Source: Glaucostegus cemiculus
Lineage: Eukaryota
Assembly (NCBI GenBank): GCA_976551045.1
Contig: CDPCPM010000016.1
Span: 15,810,001-15,874,000, forward strand
DNA: 64,000 nucleotides
Reading direction: 5' to 3'
The notes below the pieces were generated by a model. That model was given only the letters and a program-made list of their open reading frames with translations, ran no database searches and was not told where the DNA came from. The translations under genes and the position numbers were made by a program. Positions 25,891 to 38,992 of the stretch are shown here, piece by piece (the stretch's first letter is position 1; each line of letters begins with the position of its first letter).

Positions 25891-26951
25891 TTTCAATTCC
25901 TGTTTGATTAGTAGCGCAGGAAGAGAATCACAAGTTAGCTTTAAGGTGCGATTAATATGTAGTGAATCACTGGACTTGAAGGTGAACTGTAGGCCATGGA
26001 AGAAGTTCATTGGAGGGTGTGATTGCACACAAGTTCTGCTCCTGAGGAATGGGATAAAAGTAACAATGAGACAGCCCATAGAAGAAAACTGATGACCAGG
26101 CTTGCAAGATTACAAGGTCATTGTCTAGTCCTTTTAAAAGCCAAGTGTAATGACAAGGAGCATGGCAGAGTTCAACTCCAACCTTGTTTGGAGCTTGGAG
26201 CCAATCCTTTCCATCATGGAAGTGGCATCCAGTTCCATGTCAACACAGGTAGTCCCAACCATCGTATGGTATCTCATGGCTAATATCTATGTCATTGTTG
26301 CAGCACAAGCCAAGCTCACCACATTCTTCAAGTAGTGCTATGGAGGCTCAGACAGGATCCATAACAGCCGTCATCATCATCAGTGCTGAAGAGGACTCTG
26401 AGCATGTTGCATTAACCCAATAATCTATACTCAGCCTATTACTAGAATTACTAAAGTTGCTGAAACTGCCTTGAGGTGTCAATGGATTACAGACTATGCC
26501 GTCCTCTCTCAGGATGTCATCAGATGCCTTCCAATGAATGCACTTGCTATTGCCAGTCTGCTAGTTAGCAAAAACTTCTGCCACTTATGGCAAGAGGGTT
26601 CAGTTGGACTTCAAACATTCTAAAGGCTTCCAGTGACTTGTTCTTGGGGCATCCTTCATACTAACCACCGATGCCTCTATTTACACTCAGAAACCTTCCA
26701 TCGCCATGTAGGACCACTAAAATGCAATGCATAGGAATATGAGAGACACGGGAGATTGCAGATGCTGGAATATGGAGCAAAATAAAACCAGTGAGCTGGA
26801 GGAACTCAAGAGGTCAGGCAGCATTTGTGGCGGCAAAGGAGTAGTTAATATTTCTACCTGCTCATCAACCCTTCCTCACCAGGATCCATCTATCACCTGC
26901 CAGCCCCTACCCGCCCCTCCATCTCTTTATACTGACTACCTCCCCTTTAAA

Positions 26952-28952
26952 ACCAGGGATGTTTTACAGGATGTTGGGGACAGATATGTTCCGGCAAGAC
27001 GGAGGAAGAATGGAATAGTGAAGGAACCGTGGGTGACAAGAGAGGTAGAAAGACTGGTTAGGAGGAAGAAGGAGGCTTACGTAAGGTGTAAGCGGCAAGG
27101 CTCTGATGTGGCCCGTGAGGAGTATAGTATAGTGAGAAGGGAACTTAAGAAAGAGCTGAGGAGAGCTAGAAGGGGACATGAAAAGATGTTGGCTCGTAGG
27201 GTTAAGGAAAATCCCAAGGCTTTTTTCTCTTATGTGAAGGGCAGAAGGATGACTAGGGTAAAGGTAGGGCCTATTAAGGACAAAGGTGGGAGGATGTGCC
27301 TGGAGGCGGCAGAGGTAGGGGAGGTACTTAATGAATACTTCTCCTCTGTATTCACCAAGGAGAGGGGCCTTGATGATGTGACGGTGAGTGCTGACAAGGG
27401 TAATATTCTTGAGTATGTAGCTATAGAGAGGGAGGAGGTGATGAAATTGTTAAGTAGTATCAAGACTGATAAGTCTCCGGGGCCCGATGGAATATTCCCC
27501 AGGCTGCTTCGGGAGGCGAGGGAGGAGATTGTTGATCCGCTGGTGAGGATCTTTGAGTCCTCGTTGTCCACGGGGATGGTGCCGGAGGATTGGCGAGTAG
27601 CGGATATTGTTCCCTTGTTTAAGAAGGGCAGTAGAGATAGTCCGGGAAATTACAGACCGGTGAGCCTCACGTCTGTGGTAGGTAAGCTGTTGGAAAGGAT
27701 TTTGAGGGACAGGATCTATGAGCACTTGGAGAGTCATGGACTGATTAGGGACAGTCAGCATGGCTTTGTGAAGGGAAGATCTTGCCTCACGAGCCTGATA
27801 GAGTTCTTTGAGGAGGTGACGAGGAAGCTTGATGAGGGCAGGGCGGTGGATGTAGTGTATATGGATTTTAGTAAGGCGTTCGATAAGGTTCCTCATGGCA
27901 GGCTTCTTCAGAAGGTCAGAGGTCGAGGTATCCAGTGGAGGTTGGCTGTGTGGATAAGAAATTGGCTTTCCTGTAGAAGGCAGAGGGTTATGGTGGAGGG
28001 AGTGCCCTCGGATTGGAAGGCTGTGACTAGTGGAGTCCCGCAGGGATCGGTTCTGGGGCCTCTACTCTTTGTTATATTCATAGATGATTTGGATGAAGGA
28101 GTGGAGGGATGGGTTGGTAAGTTTGCAGATGACACCAAGATCGGTGGTGTGGTAGATAGTGTGGAGGACTGTAGGAGCTTACAGGGGGATATTGATAGGA
28201 TGCAGAAATGGGCTGATAGGTGGCAGATGGAGTTTAATCCGGAGAAGTGTGAGGTGGTGCACTTTGGGAGGACAAACTCCAGGACAGAGTATAAGGTAAA
28301 TGGTAAGGTTCTTGGCAGTGTAGAGGAGCAGAGGGATCTGGGGGTTCATATCCACAGTTCGCTCAAAGTTGCCTCACAGGTGGATAGGGCTGTTAAGAAG
28401 GCTTATGGGATGTTGGCTTTTATAAATAAAGGGATTGAGTTCAAGAGCAGAGAGGTGATGATGCTGCTTTACAAAACTCTAGTTAGGCCGCACTTGGAAT
28501 ATTGTGTTCAGTTTTGGTCGCCGCATTATAGGAAGGATGTGGAGGCGTTGGAGAGGGTGCAGAGGCGTTTTACCAGGATGATGCCTGGATTGGAGGGTAT
28601 GGAATATAAAGAGAGGCTTAAGGTGTTAGGGCTCTACTCATTAGAGAGGAGGAGGATGAGAGGGGACTTGATAGAGGTGTTTAAGATATTGAGAGGAATA
28701 GATAGAGTTAATAGTCAGCGCCTCTTTCCCAGAGCGCAGATGCTCAAGACGAGAGGGCATGCCTTTAAGATAATTGGTGAAAAGTATAGGGGAGACGTCA
28801 GAGGGAAGTTTTTCACCCAGAGAGTGGTTGGTGCATGGAATGCACTGCCTGGGGTGGTAGTGGAGGTAGATACGTTGGACAGGTTTAAGAGATTGTTAGA
28901 TAAGCACATGGAAGAATGTGGAATAGTAGGATATGAGGGTGGAAAGAGTTAG
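26952..28952 (+). CDS. CR1 ORF2 partial (reverse transcriptase, no APE endonuclease), 666 aa open
   Basis: [72 protein letters not shown]; no stops or frameshifts. Confidence 0.95.
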   Translation, partial: TRDVLQDVGDRYVPARRRKNGIVKEPWVTREVERLVRRKKEAYVRCKRQGSDVAREEYSIVRRELKKELRRARRGHEKMLARRVKENPKAFFSYVKGRRMTRVKVGPIKDKGGRMCLEAAEVGEVLNEYFSSVFTKERGLDDVTVSADKGNILEYVAIEREEVMKLLSSIKTDKSPGPDGIFPRLLREAREEIVDPLVRIFESSLSTGMVPEDWRVADIVPLFKKGSRDSPGNYRPVSLTSVVGKLLERILRDRIYEHLESHGLIRDSQHGFVKGRSCLTSLIEFFEEVTRKLDEGRAVDVVYMDFSKAFDKVPHGRLLQKVRGRGIQWRLAVWIRNWLSCRRQRVMVEGVPSDWKAVTSGVPQGSVLGPLLFVIFIDDLDEGVEGWVGKFADDTKIGGVVDSVEDCRSLQGDIDRMQKWADRWQMEFNPEKCEVVHFGRTNSRTEYKVNGKVLGSVEEQRDLGVHIHSSLKVASQVDRAVKKAYGMLAFINKGIEFKSREVMMLLYKTLVRPHLEYCVQFWSPHYRKDVEALERVQRRFTRMMPGLEGMEYKERLKVLGLYSLERRRMRGDLIEVFKILRGIDRVNSQRLFPRAQMLKTRGHAFKIIGEKYRGDVRGKFFTQRVVGAWNALPGVVVEVDTLDRFKRLLDKHMEECGIVGYEGGKS

Positions 28953-29043
28953 TTTGGGAGATGTTTGTAGGATGGCACAGCTTGATGGGCCGAAGGGCCT
29001 GTTCTGTGCTGTATTGTTCTATTGTTCTATTGTTCTATTGTTC
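26952..29043 (+). mobile_element. Young 5'-truncated CR1 LINE
   Basis: Unbroken ORF2, retained CpGs, perfect (TATTGTTC)x4 tail and 7-bp TSD CTTTAAA at 26945-26951 and 29043-29049. Confidence 0.97.
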
Positions 29044-29440
29044 TTTAAACTCTCAGTCCAGATGCAGGGTCTTGACCTGAAATGTTGACTATTCCTTTGC
29101 CTCCATAGATGCTGTTTGATCAACTGAGCTCCTCCAGCAGCTTGTTTTTTTATTATTGGAACATTGGTCATGTTTCGGCATAATGGGATTCAGTGCCTGA
29201 GGGAATGTACAAGAAGTTGATGTATCTACTTTGTTTTTTCTCTTTGATTAATGGAACTATAAAAATGTTGTTGTGTGCAAAAAGGTTTTGGATGAAGGGA
29301 CAATGATGACGAAACACAGAGAGGGAGGAAAATGGGAAATGCATTTCATATGGTAGTTTAATGAATATTCTATCTTTGAAACAGAGCCATGCTAATCAGA
29401 GCCACGGCCTGGAATAATGCTGAGGCAAAGAAATTCAAAA

Positions 29441-30535
29441 CACAGATGAGGATCCCAGAAGACTGGAGAATAGCCAATATTCTTCCTTTGTTTAAGAAGG
29501 GCAATTGGGATATTGCAAGAAATTATAGGTTGGTGAGCCTTGTGTCAGTGGTAGAGAAATTATTGGAGAAGATTCTTGGGGATAGGATTTACTCACATTT
29601 GGAAAGGCACAGAGTATTAGGGAGAGTCAGCATGGCTTTGTGTGGAGGAGATAATGTCTTACAAACTCAACTGAGCTTTTTGAGGAGGTGACAAAGCTGA
29701 TTGATGAGAGTAGGGCAGTGGGTGTTGTCAACATGGACATAAAAGGTCTCTTGTGGTAGATTCAGTCACATGCGATCCATGATGAGTTGGTAGGTTGGAT
29801 TCAAAGTTGTCTTGGCCATAGAAGACAGATGGGTAGTGGTGGAGAGGTGTAATCTGGCTGAAGGTCTGTAACTAGTGGTGTTCTACTGGGACCTCTGTTA
29901 TTTGTAATGCATATAAATGATTGGGGCAAGAACCTCAGTGGTTTGATTAGCAAGTATGAAGATGACACAAAAAATGGTGGAATTGCAGATAGTAAGGAAG
30001 AATGTCAAAGGATACAGTAGGATTTAGAACATTTGGAAATTTGGGCAGAAAAAATGGCAGATGGAATTTAATTGGGACAAGTGTGTGGCAGTACAATTTG
30101 GGAGGTGGAATGCAAGAGGAAAGTATACAGTAAATGGCAGGGCCCTCAGAAGCAGTGATGTACAGAGGGATCTTGGGGCACAAGTCCACAGCTCCCTGAA
30201 AATGGCAACACAAATGGATAAGGGTGGTAAAGAAGGTGTATGGCATGTTTGCCTTTGGTCAGGGTACTGAATATAAAAGTTGGGAAGTCATGTTGCAGCT
30301 GTATAAACCTTATGGTTAAAATATGGTTAGGCCATATTTAGAATATTGTGTGGAAAGACTTGGGGGCTTTGAAGAGGGTGCAGAAGAGGTTCCCCAGGCA
30401 GGCACATGAACAGACAGGGAGATGGACCTTTGCAGTCAGGTGGGATTAGTTTAGATCTGTATCATGGTTGATGCAGACATTGTGGGCCAAAGGGCCTGTT
30501 CCTGTGCTGTACTGTTCCGTGTTTCTATGTTCTAT
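29441..30535 (+). mobile_element. CR1 LINE, degraded, internal deletion near 30397
   Basis: PEDWRIANILPLFKKG..NYRLVSL and MEFNWDKC..DLGAQVHSSLK; tail TTTCTATGTTCTATG. Confidence 0.93.
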
Positions 30536-33500
30536 GTGAAACCAGTATCGCGTTTGCTTCAGTGGGCAGGGTGGTCCCGACCCAGCTGTGTGGCTGTGGC
30601 TGTGCCTGGAGCACAGGGCAGATTCTTCAAGTATGTCCTCACAGTGCATGCAGCAGTGTATTATCCAAAATGGCCATTGCTGCTGGAAGCACTGGGAATG
30701 TTCATTACCAATTAAAACTGAGGTACTTTGCTGAACAGAACATTAAGGCAAGGGAAAAAGGGGAGAAAGAAACCCAAGTTCTCTCCCAAAATGTTTTCCT
30801 ATATGTAGTAAATTTGAAAATAAAACCGAAGTCACAAATCTCCTAATTTAACTTGTCAAATGCAGCAACTGTTTCTTTAAATTCTTTTCTATGAGACTAG
30901 ATAGTATCTTCCATGGTCCATAGACTAGAAATTAAAAGCAATGAATGACGTTATGTTAATTGCTGGTTGCTACAATGTACATAAAGTTATTTATTGTGAC
31001 TTGAAGCCTTGTTTACTCTCTTTACACCAACTGAATCATGTATTTGAAATGAAGTTATTGACTTCAGGTTAACATCAATGTGTTATAGATGAGACACCCA
31101 CATTTTGTAACTTGCAGAGATATTATCTGGTCAAAAATAACATTCTAACCTCTTGGTCACAGTGATATATGATCTGAATTCTCTGTAGCTCAGTTCATGC
31201 ATACAAGATAGAAGAAAACTGAACAGAATTCCTGGATTTTGCTGACATGTTTGTTTTAACTGGAGTGCCAAGCAGGGGTGCTGCAATTTAGACTGAAAGT
31301 AAGGGAGAAATGTCAAGGTTTCCATTTCTGATCATATCTAGCAATTTAAGCTGTAGATTGGATGTGTGTAGACACCAGATAAACATGAGATCAGGCTTGA
31401 CTCTCAAATCAATATTGATTTTCTATAAATGTGGAGTATGACAACACTAAACAGGAGTAACTGTGATGTTGATTGATGGTACGGAACAAGTGATATTGAT
31501 TCAACTGCCTGCCGTACATCCTTCTGAATTTCATTTAATTTTGATATGCACTTCTGGAACTGTGCATTGGTAAGGGTCAGTGTTTAAAAGACCAAATTGG
31601 AGAAAAGAAAACAAGAGTTTGTCTTGTTCCACCTGAATGGAGAATTTTTAGGTCAATTCTGCTCTTGGAGCAGACGAGAAGAGTCAGATTGGAAAGGTCT
31701 GTTCATGTGGGCTGCCACAACGCATCAGTGTGACGTTTGGCACCATTAATGTCTTTGTTTTAAATAGAAGGAAGTCAATGGATAGCCAGTTGCCAGAATC
31801 AGAAGCTCTGGTGGGAACTTATTCACTCTCTGACTAAGGAAGCTGAGACATTGTTGCAGGTACCCTTGACACATTATGCACCTTATTTCTCTTTTTCTAG
31901 TATAATTTCACTGACCTCATAACTGTTTCAATGCAGCAAAGAATTTAGAGAGACTATTTATTTTGAACAAAGTTTGGTAAGTGAAGTAGTCACCAAAAAT
32001 AATTCAATGTGGAAAATAATTAAATATCATCCATTGATACTAAATTTGAAAGAAAGAAGGAATGCAATTACAGAGTGTGACACAGAACTACTAGCTGTTG
32101 CTACTCAATCTATAAACCTCAAAGCAGAAATTCCAGATTATCACGGGGTCTCTCATTGTTACTAACACCCATAATTCACCTTCGCTTGTTCTTGCACTTC
32201 AGGTAGAAGATTGGAAGAGTTTCTGTTCTCTTGCTACACAAGGAGCGTCATTATATTTTAAAGGAGGAGGGGAATTGGTAATATTCAACTGGCAGCAAAC
32301 ACTTTGAGGAGTTTATTTTCACAAGTGGCTTGACTTTCCGGAAACGTGGGATGAAATGTTATATGGAAGTTGACCAATAGTAAATTGTGCATTTGTAAAT
32401 GTGTGTGTGTGTAGGTGGGGAAATTCTTTGGTTGCCAATCTAATTAATTCCCACTAGACAAATGCTTCTTGAAGTCACTATGTTGCATAAAACTCTGAAC
32501 ATTGTTAACTCAACCCCGAAATCATAGATTTCTTAACCTTCACAGATCAAAGACTTTTAGCTTTGCGTTACTGAGTCACTTAATGTTCTTTCACAATGGT
32601 TGAAGTAAAGTTTCTCCTGTGAGTCATGATGTTTTACTGAAACTCCTTCCTTCTCATGTTTCCAGGAAAGAATGGGGGCGTGTGTCCTTTAGATCCAGTA
32701 CTTTATTGAAGTAGGATCAGTTACATGTGAATTGTAGTTGGATGTAGAATGTAAGAAATTCTTTCTATTGACAATACAAGATACAGTTACCAAAATGTTT
32801 CTAAGCAATTACTTCAGTTTCATTTATATATTTGCAGCCACGTTTGATATTTGATTCAGCATTATTCCTGCTGGTTCATGGTGGAGTGGGATGGGGTGGG
32901 GCAGGTGGTTAAAATCATGGTTTGGGGGTATGTGCAACACTTCAGACATGCATGCACTATGCAAATAATGGGGAGGGTGTCCTGGGCTGCAGGCAGGGAC
33001 CTCTTTGGTATTTAAATTTCAGAATTTGATTACATTAATTGGAGTCTGGTGTAATTTTCTTTTGCTGCCAGTTGTGACAGTAATGCCTGATGCTGGAACC
33101 ATCGGCAGGACTGCAGTTTGAAAAGCCCAAGTTGGTAAAATTTGCTATTTCCCTTCATTTTTTTTGTTGAGGTACAGGTATGCTCCCTGTGCTCCACAAA
33201 GAAACCTTGCATCTCCCTTTATTCATTTCCCTCTTCCTTCAACTTTGATCATCTCCTGATACATCATGCACCACCCTCTCTGTCCTCCTTGCCCAACCCC
33301 CCAAACTCCTGATCATTTTCTTTGGTGTTGGGGAATAGTTCTGACCTTCTATAACCTGATACTTATGCTAAATAACAAACTGTACCATTGTAACACCATT
33401 AAGAGAGCTGTAGTCTGGGCAAAGTGCAGTGTAGAAGAATTCTTGGCCTTATTATTGTTGCAGTAAAGTGGAAAGAATAGCGAGTAATAGTTGTGCGAAG

Positions 33501-33577
33501 CTTATTCTGATGGAATTAGATTGCATGTTCACAAGATTATACTGTGATTTTTAAATATTTTTTCTTCAATATTTGTG

Positions 33578-33935
33578 GAAGGGTACAGTGCTGCAGCTAG
33601 TAGCACTGCTGCCTCACAGTGCCAGAGATCCAAGTTCCATCCTGACCTTGGGTGCTATTTGTGTGGAGTTTGCACCTTCTCCCTGTGACCACATGGGTTT
33701 CTCTCTAGGTGCTCTGGTTTCCTCCCACATCCCACAGACGTGTGGGCTGGTAAGTTAATTGGCCACTGTAAATAGCCTCTAGAGTGTAGGTGAGTGGTAG
33801 AATCTGTGGGGAATTGAAGAGAATATGGGGAAAATAAAACATGAGATTAATCTAGGATTAGTGTAATATGGGTGGTTGATAATCAGTGTAGACTTGATGG
33901 GCCAAAAGGGCCTGTTTCCATGTTATATCTGTGAT
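33578..33935 (+). mobile_element. HE1-like V-SINE, full length
   Basis: tRNA head (GCAGCTAGTAG..CAAGTTCCATCCTG), V-domain GGTTTCCTCCCACATCCC and CR1-derived tail GATGGGCCAAAAGGGCCTGTTTCCATG. Confidence 0.88.
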
Positions 33936-34715
33936 AAAATATAAATGAACTGATGTTTACTTCTGAGGCCATTGTTATTGATTATGCATCTGCTGGTGGA
34001 GCCATGGCTTGTGGCCAGGAAAACGAATCCCCTGGAAGCCCTTCTATGCTTCTCATCTTAAAGCCAATGTATCCTGATATAAGTGTACAGCACCCATTGG
34101 TTCTCTTTACACTGGTATCCCACAAGGCGCTAATTTGAACTGAGTATATACACATATGTAGTCCCTATACTTTTAAACACAATCACTCTAGTTGTGTGAC
34201 TGTGCTGGGATGCTGACATGGACCCTCATCACTTGCTGACTTTCCTACAGCAAAGCAACACCCATGGCTGGTGTGGAGAGGCTGCCGGTGAGGGCTCGTG
34301 TTTGTTGGGACAGGGCAAGTGGTGCAGTCGCTCAGCGCTGAGATGAGCATGTTGCTATAGGGAAATCTCTGGGCTGTGGAGAGCTGTGCAGGCAAGTGAA
34401 GAGAGATGGAGATGGCAACTTCCCTCACATTCAAGAAGAGGGTGATAGGAGTGACCTGGGCAGTCTGTCAACACGAGGAGTAGCCACTGCCTGTACTCAC
34501 CATGCTGCCAGGCTGCAACCCTGAGCTCCGTATCTCAGCAACGTTTACCTCCACGTGCCCAACTCCAGACCCCACAGGTATCCTCTCCACACTGAACTGT
34601 GAGCAAATCATTGCTCGATTTGCACCAGGGTCCCATTTCCCAGGTTCCTGGCAAAGCAGTGTGCAGCATCAAGAAGGGAAAGGGTTTTGCACAAGGTTCC
34701 CAGCACTGTCAATGA

Positions 34716-35705
34716 CATAGAACATTACAGCATAGTACAGGTCCATCAGCCCACAATGTTGTGCCAACATTTTATCCTGTAAGATCTAAGTAACCCTTTC
34801 CTCGCACATAGCCCTCCATTTTTCTTATTGTTCATGTGTCTATCTAAGAGCGTCTTAAATGCTCCTAATATATCTGCCCCTACAACCTCTGCTGGCAGTG
34901 TGTTCCACGCACCCACCACTCTCTGTGTAAAAGAACTTACCTCTGTCATCCCCCTTATATCTTCCTGCAATCGCCTTAAAATTTTGCCCCTTCTTATTAG
35001 CTATTGTCACTCTGGGGAAAATGTCTCTGACTGTCCACTCAATCTATGCCTCTAATCATCCTGTACACCTCTATTAAGTCACCTCTCATCCTCCTTCTCT
35101 CCAAAGAGAAAAGCCCTAGCTTGCTCAACCTATCCTCATAAGACATGCTCTCCAATCCAGGCAGCATCCTGGTAAAATCTCTTCTGCACCCTCTCTAAAG
35201 CTTCCACATCCTTCCTATAATCACTTCCCATCACCTCTTTACAATTTTGCCATCAGGGAGGAGGCTTAAATGTATCAGGGCAAGAACGACCAGGCTGAAC
35301 AATAGCTTCTTTCCGCAAGCCATCAGAACTGCAAACTCTCTCATCCATCCATCTTCCTTGTTAGCACTAAGAGATGCTAGGTGCACAGAAATGCACCAGC
35401 ACTTTAAATGCCCGCCACCAGCCCGTTCACTTTAATAACTATTTATTTATTTACCGGCTATTTTTAATTTAATCTGTGTATTAATTTAATTTTAACTTCC
35501 GTAGTGTTTAATGTTTTTTAATGTTTATTCTGTTAAGTGTGTCTGTGTGTCTCTGTTGGTTGTTATTTAATGGGACGAGCACCTGAGAAGGACGGTATCT
35601 CGCTCCTATGCATACTATGTATGTATATGGTTGTGACAATAAAACTGATTCTGATTCTGATTCTATAATGAGGCGAACAGAACCTAACATAATACACAAT
35701 ACTGA
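34716..35705 (-). mobile_element. CR1 LINE 3' end split by Rex1 family B
   Basis: FTQRVVGAWNTLPAEVV on the minus strand; the sequence resumes ..CTATAAT|GAGGCGAACAGAAC after the insert. Confidence 0.92.
35222..35662 (+). mobile_element. Rex1/Babar LINE family B 3' end
   Basis: LPSGRRLKCIRARTTRLNNSFFPQAIRTAN; (CTGATT)n tail; TSD CTATAAT at 35215-35221 and 35663-35669. Confidence 0.93.
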
Positions 35706-36859
35706 ACACATTAACATTTCCTTTCCTCCCTCTCGCACCCATCCTGTGCCACTCCCCCCGTGCCTCCCCCCTCTCACACCTCCCTCCCCCTACCTTTTAT
35801 CCATCTAACTTTTATAAAGTACCAGTGGAATGTGAGGCAACCCAAATCTGTTTCCTTTGGTTGTTTTGACTTCTGACAATACACCCTTGACTCTGGATCA
35901 CATTGTGTCAAAGATGCCTATTGAGATGATCTATACTACAGGAGTTTACTGAGGGCAGAGTCATGTGAACTGCAGTCTGAAATTTCCAGCTGCAGGTATA
36001 ATTTCTTCAACATTGATGGTTTGGTAGGAGCAGGCAGTGACCGTATGTCTACTAAGCCATGAGGTCCCACCTTAAGGCAGGGATCTGAGTTTTTAAATCC
36101 CATATGGGTTTGAAACAGTTTAGTTGAACCTCAGTTTTATAGCAGTAAAGTGGAGGGATTATTGAATATTTTTAGTACCATTTTACACTTTTTAGTGTGC
36201 TAACATAGATTATCTTTATACCATACAAAAAGATAAGAGTTAGTGTTTCAGTTTAATTTCTGAGGATATCAGAGCTTGCAGTCATGGTTTCAGTTAGAAA
36301 GCTGATTAGCTGAACACTGTACTTCAAGCATTCTTAATTCTCAAGAATTAGTTTGTTATTTAGTCATTTATCCTCTGGTAATTTAATCATAATCAGGTCA
36401 GACTTGTGCAGTTATGACTTGTGGTTGTTGTCAATGCTATACCTGGGATTAATATTCATAGTTGAAAAATGGGGCAATTGTATTTGTTGATGTGCTGATA
36501 AAGTATAATGTATATACAAAAAAAGCATAACATTTCTTTTTAAATTTACTTGTAGAAATATATACTTTAATCTTAAAATGAGGCAATTTAGAAAATACTG
36601 TATTCATTGTTTTAATAACTAATTAAATTTTCCTTATAAAATTATATTCAAAGAATGAATTTTGTTATACAGACAGCCCCAGGGTTACATAAGGGTTCTG
36701 TTCCTGTAAACTGTAAGCTGATTTCTCTGCAACTTGGAAACAGCTGTTTTCTTCTGCTACTCAAATTGTATCATTCTACATACACTTGTTATAATTCTTT
36801 CTCTTCATTGAATAATCACCCTAACACTAATCATAATTAAACTAATGGGATACAGATGA

Positions 36860-38992
36860 TATGGGAAAGTATTTAGTTGGGGGAGAGGGAATTATGATGC
36901 TATTAGGCAGGAACTTGGGAGCATAAATTGGGAACAGATGTGCTTGTGGAAGTGCACAACGGAAATGTGGAGGTTGTTTAGGGAGCACTTGCATGGGGTT
37001 TTGGATAGGTTTGTCCCATTGAGGCAGGGTAGGGATAGTAAAGTGAAGGAACCATGGTTGACAAGAGATGTAGAATCTTGTCGAGAGGAAGAAAGAAGCT
37101 CACCTAAGGTTTAGAAAACAAGGATCAGACAGGCCTCTTGTGGGTTACAATGTAGCCAGGAAGGAGCTTAAGAATGGACTTGGGAGAGCTAGAAGGACTT
37201 GGTGAATAGGATTAAGGAAAACCCCAAGGCGTTCTACACGTATATGAATAGGAGGATGACTAGAATGAGGGTAGGACCGATCAGGAATAAAAGAGGAAAC
37301 ATGTGCCTGGAGTCGTAAGAGGTAGGGGAGGTTCTTAGTGAATACTTTGCTTCAGTATTCACCAGAGAGAGAGAGACCTTGACATTTGTGGGGATGGTGT
37401 ACAACAGGCTGATCCGCTAGGGCATGTTGACGTGAGGAAAGAGGATGTGCTGGAACTTTTGAAAAACATTAGGATAGATTAATCACCAGGGCTGGATGGG
37501 ATATATCCATGGTTATTATGGAAAGCGAGGGAAGAGATTGCTGCACCTTTGGCGGTGATCTTTGCATCCTCACCAGCCACAGGAGTGGTGCCAGATGATT
37601 GGAGGATGGAAAATGTTGCTCCTTTGTTCAAGAAAGGGAGTAGGGATAACACTGGGAATTACAGACCAATGAGTCTTACTTTAGTGGTGGGCAAATTACT
37701 AGAGAAGGGCAGTTGGAGAGGCATAGGCTGATTATGGGCAGTCAACATGGCTTTGTGAGGGGCAGGTCATGCCTGTCAAGCCTGATGGAATTCTTTGAGG
37801 ATGTGTCAAAGCACATTGATGAAGATAGAGCAGTGGATGTGGTGTACATAGATTTTAATAAGGCATTTGATAAGGTTCCTCATGGAAGACTCATTGAGAA
37901 AGTCAGGAGGCATGGGATCCAGGGAAATTTGGCTGTGTGGATTCAGAATTAGCTTGCAAATAGAAGACAGAGGGTGTGGTAGATGGAGCGTATTCTGCCT
38001 GGAAGTTGGTGACCAGTGGTGTTCCTCAGGGATTTGTTCTGGGATTTTTATAAATTATTTGGATGAGGATGTGGATGGGTGGGTTAGTAAGTTTACAGAT
38101 GACACGGAGGTTGGTGGTGTTGTGGATTGTGTAGAAGGTTACTGTAGGTTACAAGAGGACATTGAATAGGATGCAGAAATGGGCTGAGAAGTGGCAGATG
38201 GAGTTCAACCCGGAAAAGTGTGAAGTAATACACTTTAGATGATTGAATATGGAGGCAGAATACAAGGGTAATAGCAGGACTTTTTGCAATGTGGAGGAAC
38301 AGGGGGACCTTGGGGTCCATGCCCATAGATCCCTCAAGGTTGCCGCGCAGGTCGATAGGGTTGTTAAGAAGCTGTATGGTGTGTTGGCCTTCATTAGTTG
38401 GGGTATTGAGTTCAAGAGCCGCAAGGTATGTTGCAGTTCTATAAAAACTCTGGTTAAACCACACTTGGTGTATTGTGTTCAGTTCTGGTCATCTCATTTT
38501 AGGAATGATGTGGAAACTTTAGAGAGGGTGCAGAGGAGCTTTACCAGGATGCTGCCTGGATTGGAGAGCGTGTCTTATGAGGATAGTTTGAGCGAGCTAG
38601 AGCTTTTCTCTTTGGAGCGAAGGAGGATGAGAGGTGACTTGATAAAGGTGTACAAGATGATAAGAGGAATAGATCGAGTGGACAGCCAAAGACTTTTTCC
38701 CAGGCTAATGTGAGGGGGGATAATTTTAAGATGAATGGAGGCAGGTATAGCGGGGATGTGAGAGGTAATTTTTTTTTACACAGAGCGGTGGGTGCATGGA
38801 ATGCACTGCTGGCAGAGGTTGTGGAGGCAGATGTATTAGGGACATTTAAGAGACTCTCAGATAGCCACATGAATGATAGAAAAATGGAGGACTATGTGGG
38901 AGGGAAGGGTTAGATATATCTTAGAGCAGGACAAAACGTCAGCACAACATTGTGGACCAAAAGGTCTGTACTGTGCTGTAATGTTCTATACT
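36860..38992 (+). mobile_element. CR1 LINE, ~2.1 kb, multiple stops and frameshifts
   Basis: ORF fragments 37549-38913 are collinear with the 26952 ORF; CR1 tail present. Confidence 0.95.

Larger units (their letters stand above)
26742..29150. mobile_element. Fold-back Penelope-derived element (arms ~26745-26880 and ~29050-29150) split by a young CR1
   Basis: Left GCTGGAGGAACTCAAGAGGTCAGGCAGCATTTGTGGCGGCAAAGGAGTAGTTAATATTTC is approximately the inverse of right GAAATGTTGACTATTCCTTTGCCTCCATAGATGCTGTTTGATCAACTGAGCTCCTCCAGC. Confidence 0.8.

Noticed and set aside
29011-29043. (TATTGTTC)n and (CTGATT)n short arrays as CRISPR-like repeats
   Set aside because: They are spacer-less LINE 3' tail microsatellites in a eukaryotic sequence.
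33578-33650. tRNA-like sequences here and at 17620-17687
   Set aside because: SINE heads without a complete cloverleaf.
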